Assembly: GCA_964016885.1 (NCBI GenBank)
Contig: OZ024743.1
Span: 292,702,001 to 292,766,000 of the forward strand
DNA length: 64,000 nt
Direction: 5' to 3'
Source: Eledone cirrhosa
Taxonomy: Eukaryota
Positions 53,412-64,000 of the stretch are shown one piece after another; within the stretch, counting starts at the first letter, position 1; every line of letters begins with the position of its first letter. The translations under genes and the position numbers were made by a program. The notes below the pieces were generated by a model. The model saw only the letters and a list, made by a program, of their open reading frames with translations. It had not been told where the DNA came from and made no database searches.

Positions 53412-53782
53412 TGTGTGTGTGTGTGTGCGTGTGTATGTGTGTGTGTGTAAACTTTTAACGATTACTGTTTGCTTTAGTCCCATAAATTATCGGTTCAACT
53501 AAATGTGAATGACAAATAAATATCGTCGTTGAAATAAGTGATATGATATCTACAATCTAGTTGCACAGCATGGCCGCAGTCTAATGACCGAATCAAATAA
53601 ACGAATAAAGAATATATACGTAAGCACACACACACAGGGAATTTATATATATATTCGTGTGTGTGTGAGTGTCTGTGTGCGTGTATATATATATAAATAT
53701 ATTTGCCCCTTTACTGTTGAGCGCTTTAAATTATATATATACGATATTAAACAAATGGAAACTATATTTATAAAACCATATT

Positions 53783-53848
53783 TATTTCATTATACATATT
53801 TCGGGGATACCATATTAAAAATATGGCATGCCTTCTTCAGATAAAATA
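53783..53848 (-). ncRNA. Type I hammerhead ribozyme (inverted-arm copy)
   Basis: Reverse complement of 54172-54237. Confidence 0.85.
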
Positions 53849-54171
53849 CAATATATAAACAGTTTTATAAATAATTTTGACGTACCATAAATATTGATCA
53901 ACTTTTATGTAAGAAGTTGGTTTGGTAGTGAAATGTTTATAAATATTTAGTGTTAAGCACAGTTAAAAAGAAAGACGGAGAAAAAGAAGAAATGTATGTA
54001 AAGAAAAACTGTTTTTCTTTACATACATTTCTTCTTTTTCGCCGTCTTTCTTTTTAACTGTGCTTAACACTAAATATTTATAAACATTTCACTACCAAAC
54101 CAACTTCTTACATAAAAGTTGATCAATATTTATGGTACGTCAAAATTATTTATAAAACTGTTTATATATTG

Positions 54172-54237
54172 TATTTTATCTGAAGAAGGCATGCCATATT
54201 TTTAATATGGTATCCCCGAAATATGTATAATGAAATA
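54172..54237 (+). ncRNA. Type I hammerhead ribozyme
   Basis: tattttat-CTGAAGA-aggcatgccatatt..aatatggtatcccc-GAAA-tatgta-TA-atgaaata. Confidence 0.85.
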
Positions 54238-54364
54238 AATATGGTTTTATAAATATAGTTTCCATTTGTTTAATATCGTATATCTACTCCAAAACTTGTT
54301 GAGTGCTTTATATCAGTTATAAAATATTTACTTGTTGTAACCCAACAATTTTAAATAAAACTTT

Positions 54365-54406
<42 letters not shown>

Positions 54407-54508
54407 CAATGAAAAAAGATTTAGTTGATTTGTAATCAACTGATTCTTATATATAATACCATCCTATATAGATGATATAAAGTATATATTTTTCGTTTAT
54501 TACTATTA

Positions 54509-55422
54509 CTAGCAGTGGTACCCGGCATTGCGCGGGATAAGTTATTTTGGAACGCGGGCCGCCAACAGACCTAATCGTGGAAAACTGCATACCTGGACAA
54601 TATGTAAAGAAAATAAACCTAATACTCTGATGGGTGGATAATCTTTAAGATTTTCCTCGATGAAGCAGAAAAAATGCAGATGTTCACCTAATGCGGGCCC
54701 TAGGGGATCAAAGAAATGAATTTTTTTATGTGCATAATATGCCTTGAAATTTCGGGAAAATCGGCTAGGCGTAACGCCTCAAAAAAGCCCCAAAAAGCTG
54801 AAAAGATGAAGTTTTTCACCTAATGCGGGCCCTAGGCCATAATAATGTTGGATTTTCTTTGCTCGCGGTATGAAGAAGAGACTGACTAATACATAGTTAC
54901 AATTTCAAGGAAATCGGTCTGACGTAACGCCTCAAAACCCCCCTAAAAGGCTTTAAAAAACGCAGTTTTTCACCTAATGCGGGCCCTAGGAGATCAAAAA
55001 GTTGAATTTGTATGTGTATAACGCTCCCTGAAACATAAGTAATACACATGTAACGTTTGAAAAGAATCGGCTGTGTAGTTCTCGAGTTTTAGGGATTCAA
55101 ACTCACACACACACACACATCCTCATGGAAGTGACGTAATGCAGACATCTAGACATACAGACAGATATTATAAGGGCGCAACGTTATATGTATGTATTTA
55201 TCTAAAAAGAAAGACTAAGAATTATAGAGAGAGATCGCTAAATCACCTAATGCTGTCCCTAAGGCATTGAATATTTGAAATTCGTTTTTCTCAGAACACT
55301 CCTTGAAACATAAGTATTGCATGTGTAAAGTTTGAAAACAGTCGGTTGGGTGCTTCTCGAGTTTTAGGGATGCAAACTGACACACACACAGACAGACATA
55401 CTCAGTTTTATATATATATAGA
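54509..55422 (-). mobile_element. Non-autonomous Helitron with internal tandem repeats
   Basis: The minus strand starts A|TCTATATATATATAAAACTGAG with (GTCT)-like repeats and ends with hairpin cccgcgcaatgccggg + CTAG|T. The internal motif cacctaatgcgggccctagg recurs at ~54685, 54817, 54971 and 55244. Confidence 0.8.
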
Positions 55423-55540
55423 TATCACCTCTCTGTACGACTGTCTGTCTGCACAACTTTATCGCCTATATCACCTCTCTGCTCGACTGTCTGTCTGCAC
55501 AACTTTATGGCCTATATCACCTCTCTGCACGACTGTCTCT
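55423..55540 (+). repeat. 44-bp tandem repeat (~2.6 copies)
   Basis: tatcacctctctg..cgactgtctgtctgcacaactttat.gcc. Confidence 0.85.
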
Positions 55541-57467
55541 CGTTTAAAATCATTGCTTCTAGATGAAAATCTCATAAGGCTTTATTCGAGATCAATGCTT
55601 TTTTTTACAAAATATTTCCTTGTTTTACGGTGTATTCAAATAGGCTTGTTTTCAAGTAAAAATATTGTTTTAAAAGACTTTTTAATGGAAATGAAGCAAA
55701 ATGGAAGCTTAATTTTGAAACTTCGAACTCATGAATTTTGCAGGTTAAATTTTTGTTGACCCGAAACGTGTTCGTGTATTTTTGTACTTTTGCACGCGTC
55801 GTTTATTCGTAACGTAAATAGATGAAGAGAATGACGCCATAAAAGGGAAATAACTCGTCTCTCATCTCTATTTATACATTTGAACTGAAAAATCAATACA
55901 TTACAAATTCGATTTTTGCACTTGGCGTGGGTCGATTTGAAAATATTGTTGACCGATGTCTCCGCCGGACCTTCATCTATAAGTATAGCAATTTCACCGA
56001 AATTTGAACGTACGCCTTAGGAGGAGATGTGTGCCTACCGTTTTAGTAGACAGACAGACAGACAGACAGACAGAGAATCTCAGTTTTATATATAGAGACT
56101 AGCAGAAAACCACCCACCGGGTGGTTTTCTGCTAGTATATATATATATTACACACACAGAAATGTATATATATTTCTGTGTGTATTTATATATATATTAC
56201 ACACACAGAAATGTATATATATTTCTGTGTGTATATATATATTTCTATGTGTGTATATATATATTACACACACACAGAAATGTATGTATGTTTCTGTAGC
56301 ACTCCTCAATTCCCCCCTCTCTCCCTCCCGCTATCCCCCTCTTGTAGTCTGTCTCTTTCTTTCACTCTCACTCTCTATCTACGCGTGCGTAAAAAACATT
56401 CGCACGCGCGCACGTGTTTCCACTGTCGGACAGACAGACAGAGAAATTGCTGGTTATATATTATAATGAGATTACATATACATATGTAACTATGTATATC
56501 ATCATCATCATCCCCCACCCCATTATATATATATATAATATGGGCCGAAGCCGAAAAAAATGTTGTTTGGCAGCTCTAATTGCGCCTTAATTTTATTCAA
56601 AAATTTGTATACTAACATATTCGAATACCAGGCACTATTGGAATCAACAATAGCAGCGTCCTCAGGGTCATTACAAGACACAAATTCGCGAGAATTAGTG
56701 TTTAAGGCTTGGAAGGTGGTAAAAATATCAACAAAATCTTCGATTCTTTTAAAAAAATATATATTTTTAATAATATTTAAATAACTGGCGATTAGAAAAA
56801 AATATTCCTATGAAATGTTAATCATACCATTAGGTGTGAATAAGGAAAAATTTTTTTATTGTCAAAACAAATGTTTAAAAGTTAAACTTCAATTTTTTGA
56901 ATTATTTCCAATTTTTTCATGAAATTGAACACTGGACATTGGCTGCTGGAAATGTAAATTAAATCGTATTTAATTGTATTTAAATTTCTAACCTTATTTT
57001 ATTATTTATATTTTTTCAATAAGAAATAAAAAAAAAAAAAAAAAAATTGAAGAAAAAAATTGAACAAACGTTATGGAACTGCGCAATCTGATTAATAAAT
57101 TATCTCATCAGCAGCAACCTTCTTCAAATGGTCCTTATTATCAGCAGCAACAACCACAAATTCAATGGCAACCTTCTTCGCATGGTGTCAAGTCAGAACC
57201 GTCTCGAATTGGTTACTTCTGGCTTGTGCAAGGTTTCTCTATAGCAACCAGCGATTCCCTCGGCCTCAGTGACCAAAGTCAGTGGAGAGAGGAATGTAAT
57301 GTTTCTATAGCACGTGTTTTAGCGTCTATTCACTCTCTCTCTCTCTTCCTCTCTCCCCCTCTCGTAGTCTGTCTCTTTCTTTCACTCTCACTCTCTCTGT
57401 ACCACGTGTTTCCACTGTCGGACAGACAGACAGAGAAATTGCTGGTTATATATATAAGTAGATTAGA

Positions 57468-58145
57468 TTGGCAGTATCGGTAGAGGATCGGATGCCATGC
57501 TTTGCAGCATAGAGTTACACTCCTTTACCGACTGATTCAAATGCCGCCGAAGTTAACTTTGCCGTTCATCCTTACGGGGTCGATAAAATAAAGCACCAGT
57601 AACGTACTGGGGTCGATTTAATCGATTTTCCCCTACCCCAAAATTGCTGGCCTTGTGCCTATATAAGAATCCATTATTAGTATTGGTAGAGAGTCGGACG
57701 CCATGCTTTGACGCCTAGAGTTACGGCCCTTGCCATTCTGAGTTCAAATCCCGGCGAGATTAACTTTCCCTTTCATCCTTACGGGGTCGATAAATTAAAG
57801 TACCAATAATGCACTGGGAAAATTGCTGGCCTTGTGCCAAAAGTAGAAACCATTATTATTAAAATAAAGTACGAGTAATGTACTGAGTAATTGCTGGGCT
57901 TGTGCCAAAAGTAGAAACAATTATTATTATTATTATAAAGCAGTATCGGTAGAGGGCGGACGCCATGCTTTGCAGCACAGAGTTAAGTCCCTTTGCGAAC
58001 TGAGTTCAAATCTCGCCGAGGTTACCTTTGCCTTTCATCTTTATGGAGTCGATAAAATAAAGTACCAGTAAAGCACTGGGTCGATTTAATCGACTTTCCC
58101 CTCCTCAAAATTCCTGGCCTTGTGCCTATACTAGAAATCACTATT
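57468..58145 (+). mobile_element. Tandem array of ~4 tRNA-derived SINE units
   Basis: Units at ~57468-57678, 57683-57860, 57862-57930 (tail only) and 57940-58145, separated by attatt. Confidence 0.88.
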
Positions 58146-58162
58146 ATTATTATTTTTATTAA

Positions 58163-58223
<61 letters not shown>

Positions 58224-58261
58224 TATGTGTATATATATATATATATATTTATATATATGTG

Positions 58262-58295
<34 letters not shown>

Positions 58296-58806
58296 GGTGT
58301 ATTTCTCACTTTCTTCCTCTCTTTCTCTCTCTCTCTCATTCGCTATCTATCTATCTCTCTGTATCTGTATTTCTTTCTGTACCACTCCTCTCTCCCTCTC
58401 TATTTTTTTAGTCTGTTTTTGTTTTCATTCTTCCTCGTCTTCTTTACTCGTGAGTTAAAAGTATTGAAAAAGCTTCGGCCAATCTTTATTGATTCTGGCA
58501 AATACTTCCATACAACAGAAAGCCGGAAAGGCGTTTGCTGGCACGGTTCTCTTATCCCGTAAGTAGAGTGCTGACAGGACTTTGGCAATTGCAAATATGG
58601 AAATGCATCAGCAGTAACGAACCCCTCACAGGAATGGTAAAACGAGACATGTTTGTGCGAGTTTGAAAAAGACACCAGCTGAAACTCGCCATTGCTTATA
58701 TGGAAGTTGATGGACGAAATGTTACTACTATGACATTGTTATTTCGTTGGCTGACATAGACACATGTGCAGCAGACAGCTACTGGCAAATAATCGTAATA
58801 ACGCAT

Positions 58807-58837
<31 letters not shown>

Positions 58838-59019
58838 CACACACGGACACTCACACTCACACTCATACAAGTGTGTGCTGTGTGTGCGTATAATTATGTC
58901 TATAAATATATCCACGTATATAAATGGATATATGTAATGACACACACACACATACACACACACACACACACAGAGACATATATATATATTTATATATAAA
59001 TATATATATATATATAAAT

Positions 59020-59100
<81 letters not shown>

Positions 59101-59103
<3 letters not shown>

Positions 59104-59270
59104 CGAAGGAAAGTGGTAAGGAACCAGGTGGACCATAACGCACCAAATTACTCAATACTTAGGGTAGTAGAGTGGGTAATAGGAACGGGTAGGACCCTGA
59201 CGGCTGAGCTCAAGCCGTTTCAGCGGCTAATTCAGGACTAAAAAGCTCAGCCGTCTGGGCCCTACTCGTT

Positions 59271-59274
<4 letters not shown>
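59101..59274 (-). mobile_element. Minimal fold-back element with the 3' half of an HHR
   Basis: Minus strand GAAACGGCT-tgagctc-AGCCGTC (59199-59221), with ~31-bp inverted arms. Same family as 17507-17648. Confidence 0.75.
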
Positions 59275-59319
<45 letters not shown>

Positions 59320-59357
59320 GATATTAATAAATGGAAACTATATTATAAAACCATATT

Positions 59358-59422
59358 TATTTCATTATACATATTTCAGGGATACCACATTAAATTATGG
59401 TATGCCTTCATCAGACAAAATA
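59358..59422 (-). ncRNA. Type I hammerhead ribozyme (inverted-arm copy)
   Basis: Reverse complement of 62840-62904. Confidence 0.85.
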
Positions 59423-59704
59423 CAATATTTAACAGTTTTACAAATAGGTTTGACGTACCCTTTAAAATACAACCATTACTTTTGGAGGCTGTCTGGATAG
59501 TAATTTGTTTATATAATAAGTCATAGTGTTAAGCACAATTAGAAAAAGACGGAGAGAAAGAAAAAAGACGGAGAGAGAGAAAAGAACAAAGACAGAGAGA
59601 GAGAAAGAAAAGAGAAAGAAAACCTGGAGAAATATCGGAGAGAGAGAGAGAGAAATGTATGGAGAAAAGAAAGAGATAGATAAAGATAGGAGGAAATAAA
59701 AAAT

Positions 59705-61269
59705 TATAAACTTACCTAAGTTATGTTACTTAAAATTATGGAAAGGGACTAGTGAGGTTATTGATTGGTTTAAAGAAATTAAATATAACTGTAATAATAA
59801 GTTTATTCAGCTGGATATTGCTAACTACTATTCATCTATCACTCCTAATCTACTGAATAAGTCACTAAATTACGCATTTAAACATACTGACCTAACTAGC
59901 AATGAAATGCACATTATATTATCGGCAAGGAAAACATTGATAGAATTTAATAACCAACTCTGGACTAGGGCAGATAGAAATAATAATTTCGACATAACTA
60001 TGGGATCATCAGACTCAGCTCAGGTAACGGACCTTGTGGGCCTATTTACAATTAATTCGCTACATAGAAAAATACCAGGTGTAACCGGAGGATTATATCG
60101 TGATGACATGCTTTTACTTATAGAAGATAATAGCTGCGAACTAAATAGAAAAAGAAAACAAATTATACAATTTTTTAATTACCTTAATCTAAAAATAGAA
60201 ATAAAGAATAACCATAGAATAGTCAATTTTCTTGATGTAACACTAAATCTCAACACATGTCTTCATTATCCATTTCACAAACTAAATGAGAACTTGAATT
60301 ATGTCAACTTTAACTCTAATCACCCCAGATCTGTTAAAAATACTATAGTGAACTCTGTTCAAGAACGAATTTCAAGAATTTCATCTAATAAAAATATATT
60401 TGATGAAAAAGCGCAGTATTACGACGAAGCATTAGCTAGAGCTGGATATAGAAATAAAATTAAATACATCGATAATAATAATAATAAGCAAACTAACCAA
60501 AATAATAACAATTTAAATTACGGTAACAACTTTAACAACTATAATAGAAAACATTACAATAATTCCAAAAGCCGAAAAAGAAATAGAACTAGAAATATAT
60601 TATGCTTTGCTCCCCCTTTCTCACTAAATATTAAAACCCGTATTGCTAAACTATTCTTTAAAGCTCTTGACACACGCTTCCCTAGAACACATAAATATCA
60701 CTCAATTTTTAATAGACACACTATAAAATTAACTTACTCATCCACCAAAAATTTAGCACAAAATATTAATAGAATTAATAATAGGAATTTAAAACCTAAC
60801 CAAAATACCAATAATAACCCAAACAATATTCAATTAAATAACTGTAACTGTAGAAATAAATCTAACTGTCCGTTAAGTAACAACTGCTTAGTTAAAATGT
60901 AGTGTACAATTGTAATGTTAAAACTAATTCAAATTCATTTAACTATGTTGGTTCCACCTCTACAGAATTTAAATTTCGCTTCAATAATCATAAGAATTCT
61001 TTCACAGATCCAAACAAAAATCTTCAACTTCGCTATCTAGCCTACTATGGGACCTAAAACGAGATAATATTAAATATTCGTTGAATTGGAATATTATTTC
61101 AAAAGCTAGTACTTTTAATTCCTCTTCAGAAAATTGTGATCTTTGTATTGAAGAAATATTCTTTATATTAAAGTCCAAAAATTAAATTAATCTGAGGAAC
61201 AATTTATTCAGTTGCTGCAGACATAGATTGAACTCAACGTTTAAATATAAATATACATTTAAAATGTAG
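59705..61269 (+). pseudogene. Nematis-type PLE RT + GIY-YIG endonuclease, disrupted
   Basis: WKGTSEVIDWF, FIQLDIANYYSSI, FDITMGSSDSAQVTDLVG, GLYRDD, NFLDVTLNL, SNHP, CNCRNKSNCPLSNNCL. After a frameshift: VYNC..YVGSTSTEFKFRFNNHKNSF, CDLCIEE, CCRH. Clade assignment is from recalled motifs. Confidence 0.88.
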
Positions 61270-62839
61270 TATAATTAATTAAGTAATTTTAGTTAATATA
61301 TGAAACCTGTCGATAATCCATTAGATTCCTTCACCTTTTCTTTTTAAACTTTCTTCCTAAATATAAACATGGATATAATAAACTACTCTAAAATGTCTAT
61401 ACTTCCAATGTATAAAATATACGTAAGGTAAATTTCTATATTAAATATAAGGTTATCTGTAGAATCATTGGGTTTTTTAAATTTTTAAAATCTTTTAAAT
61501 TATTTTTATTTATTTGTTTTGATTATGATAGCTTCTCATAACTTTCACAAGTCTACCCTCTCAATATCTTGATTGAGATATACGTAGGATAAATTTCTAT
61601 ACTAAATATATAAAACATATTATTTTAACTTAAGATACTCTATAGTGTTTTAATGATATTTAATGCTCTGATATTTCTAGATTTCTTTTAACTATATAGT
61701 TGCATTTCCAAAATATATTCCTTTGCTATTTTAAATTTGTATTGTTATGGTTATGTTTGCAAATTATAATCCTTTGGTAATTTATTGATATTGGATTATC
61801 TCTATACAGATGCATATGTGTGTATTAACATGCATAGAAAGTGTTATAGATTGTTTGTGTTTGTATATGTGTCTGTATATATACATGAGTGATGCATGAG
61901 GACGCACGTAAATATTTATTTATACATACGTATGTGTATATATGTATGTGTATATATATATGTGGTTGAGAAGTATGTTGCAGATGTGCATAATATTAAA
62001 CACATGAATGGTAATCGTATATATGATGACATGATTGTTAATCGTATATATTTGTATATATATACTGTGAAATTTGTATAACCTAATGAGTGTATAGCAG
62101 TGATTAAGAGAAATCATTTACGTTTTGTATGGCTATATTGTTGGCTTGAGTAAACATAATTTCTATTTTCAGGACGTGCGTATCTATATGTATGTATATA
62201 TACATATATATCTGTATGTCTTTGCATAAAATACTAATCTCTATAACAAGGGTACATTTTGAACTCAGATTTTGGTATATTGATCTCAAGTTTCTAAACT
62301 AAACATGTGGTCATTATTGAACAATGTTTAATTTCTCATATTATATATCTATGTCCCATTCATTAATATTGATACTTATATTTATATTTTTGTTATTCAT
62401 TTCATATAAATTGTTAACTCAACTTAATATGACATGACGTAAAGTTGTCACTCCCCCCCCCCCCCATCTCTATATAGTATTTCTCTCTCTTGAGTTTTTC
62501 TTTCTGTATGATGACTTGATATCTCTCTGTTGCTTTCCTTTGTTTTTCTTATTCCTTCCTTTTCTTTCTTTTTTATTTCCTCCTATCTATCTCTTTCTTT
62601 TCTCCATACATTTCTCTCTCTCTCCGATATTTCTCCAGGTTTTCTTTCTCTTTTCTTTCTCTCTCTCTGTCTTTGTTCTTTTCTCTCTCTCCGTCTTTTT
62701 TCTTTCTCTACGTCTTTTTCTAATTGTGCTTAACACTATGACTTATTATATAAACAAATCACTATCCAGACAGCCTCCAAAAGTAATGGTTGTATTTTAA
62801 AGGGTACGTCAAACCTATTTGTAAAACTGTTAAATATTG

Positions 62840-62904
62840 TATTTTGTCTGATGAAGGCATACCATAATTTAATGTGGTATCCCTGAAATATGTATAATGA
62901 AATA
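62840..62904 (+). ncRNA. Type I hammerhead ribozyme
   Basis: tattttgt-CTGATGA-aggcataccata..tgtggtatccct-GAAA-tatgta-TA-atgaaata. Confidence 0.88.
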
Positions 62905-63029
62905 AATATGGTTTTATAAATATAGTTTCCATTTATTAATATCGTATATCTACTCCAAAAATGTGTCGAGTGCTTTATATCAGTTATAAACATATTTACT
63001 TGTATCCCAACAACTTTAAATAGAACTTT

Positions 63030-63221
<192 letters not shown>

Positions 63222-64000
63222 GAAATATAAGTATGTATGTATGTAAACGTACATACATATATGTATACAGACGTACAGTAGTATGTATATATATACATAC
63301 ATGCACACATATATATGCACGTATCGGTTTACTAATATTTCTTATAATGCTCGGGTATGTTTGTAAACAAACAAACACTGTAGGGCGTAATTCGGGCTGT
63401 TTGTTTGTTTACAAACAGCCCGAATTACGCCCTACAGTGTTTAGGCAACCACGTCACCTTTCTGTTCCACACTGACACAGGAACGATGTACTAGTTTCAA
63501 GCTTATTAGCTATCGTCAGCATCGTATAGCTTCCTGCCAAATGGTTGAACGTCTGAAAGTATATACTTTCCTTATGCATATTAACGGCTGAGCAGCCTAA
63601 TTTGCATATCGAGTGAGTTCAGTCGGCTGGGCGCACCGAAAACGATAAATGGAATAGAATGAAACGAAATTTCATTTCTCACTCTTAGTACGGCACTTAC
63701 TTAAATGCAAGTATGTATGTATGTATACGTACATACATATATATATACAGACGTACAGTAGTATGTATATATATACATACATGCACACATATATATATGC
63801 ATGTATCGGTTTACCGAACATTTATTATAATGCTCGATTTGTTTGTTTGTAAACAAACAAACAGTCCGAATTACGCCGTACAGTGTTTTAGGCAACCACT
63901 TCACCTGTTTGTCAATACTACATACTACTGTACATCTGTACACATATATGTATGTACGTATACATACATACATACTTGCATATAAGTAATTTCCGTACTA

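Larger units (their letters stand above)
53737..54368 (+). mobile_element. Nematis-family pseudo-LTR-only fold-back element
   Basis: Near-perfect 273-bp palindrome centred on 54010 (1-nt loop) plus an 85-nt tail. Homologous to 62600-63032. Confidence 0.92.

Noticed and set aside
57073-57483. 136-aa Gln-rich ORF
   Set aside because: It runs into a Helitron-end repeat (duplicated at ~56300-56460) and a SINE, with no domain evidence.

Overview
AT-rich, microsatellite-saturated animal genomic DNA. The SINE and repeat make-up looks cephalopod/octopus-like, which is an inference. No host gene can be supported; nearly all short ORFs in the track are translated (TA)n/(CA)n/(GA)n/(AAT)n repeats. The window is a nested retroelement field. 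It holds Penelope-like elements (PLEs: two Neptune-type families, one Nematis-type element plus an endonuclease relic), an L1/Tx1-like LINE inside a 71-bp minisatellite, three R4/Dong-like RLE LINE pieces in (AAT)n, an RTE fragment, tRNA-derived SINEs, hAT and mariner MITEs, and non-autonomous Helitrons. Reading by eye, I find about 20 type-I hammerhead ribozyme (HHR) motifs from roughly 10 sequence families. Most lie in short (TA)n-inserted fold-back elements, and several have variant catalytic cores (UUGAUAA; a conserved UUGAAAA...GCAA). The main novelties are: a Neptune PLE with an upstream coiled-coil ORF joined to RT-EN by an in-frame U_UUU_UUA -1 slippery site (gag-pol-like), a 591-nt terminally redundant non-coding HHR element (retrozyme-like), and several integration-mechanism scars. 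All folds and alignments were done by eye, and coordinates of degenerate elements are approximate.
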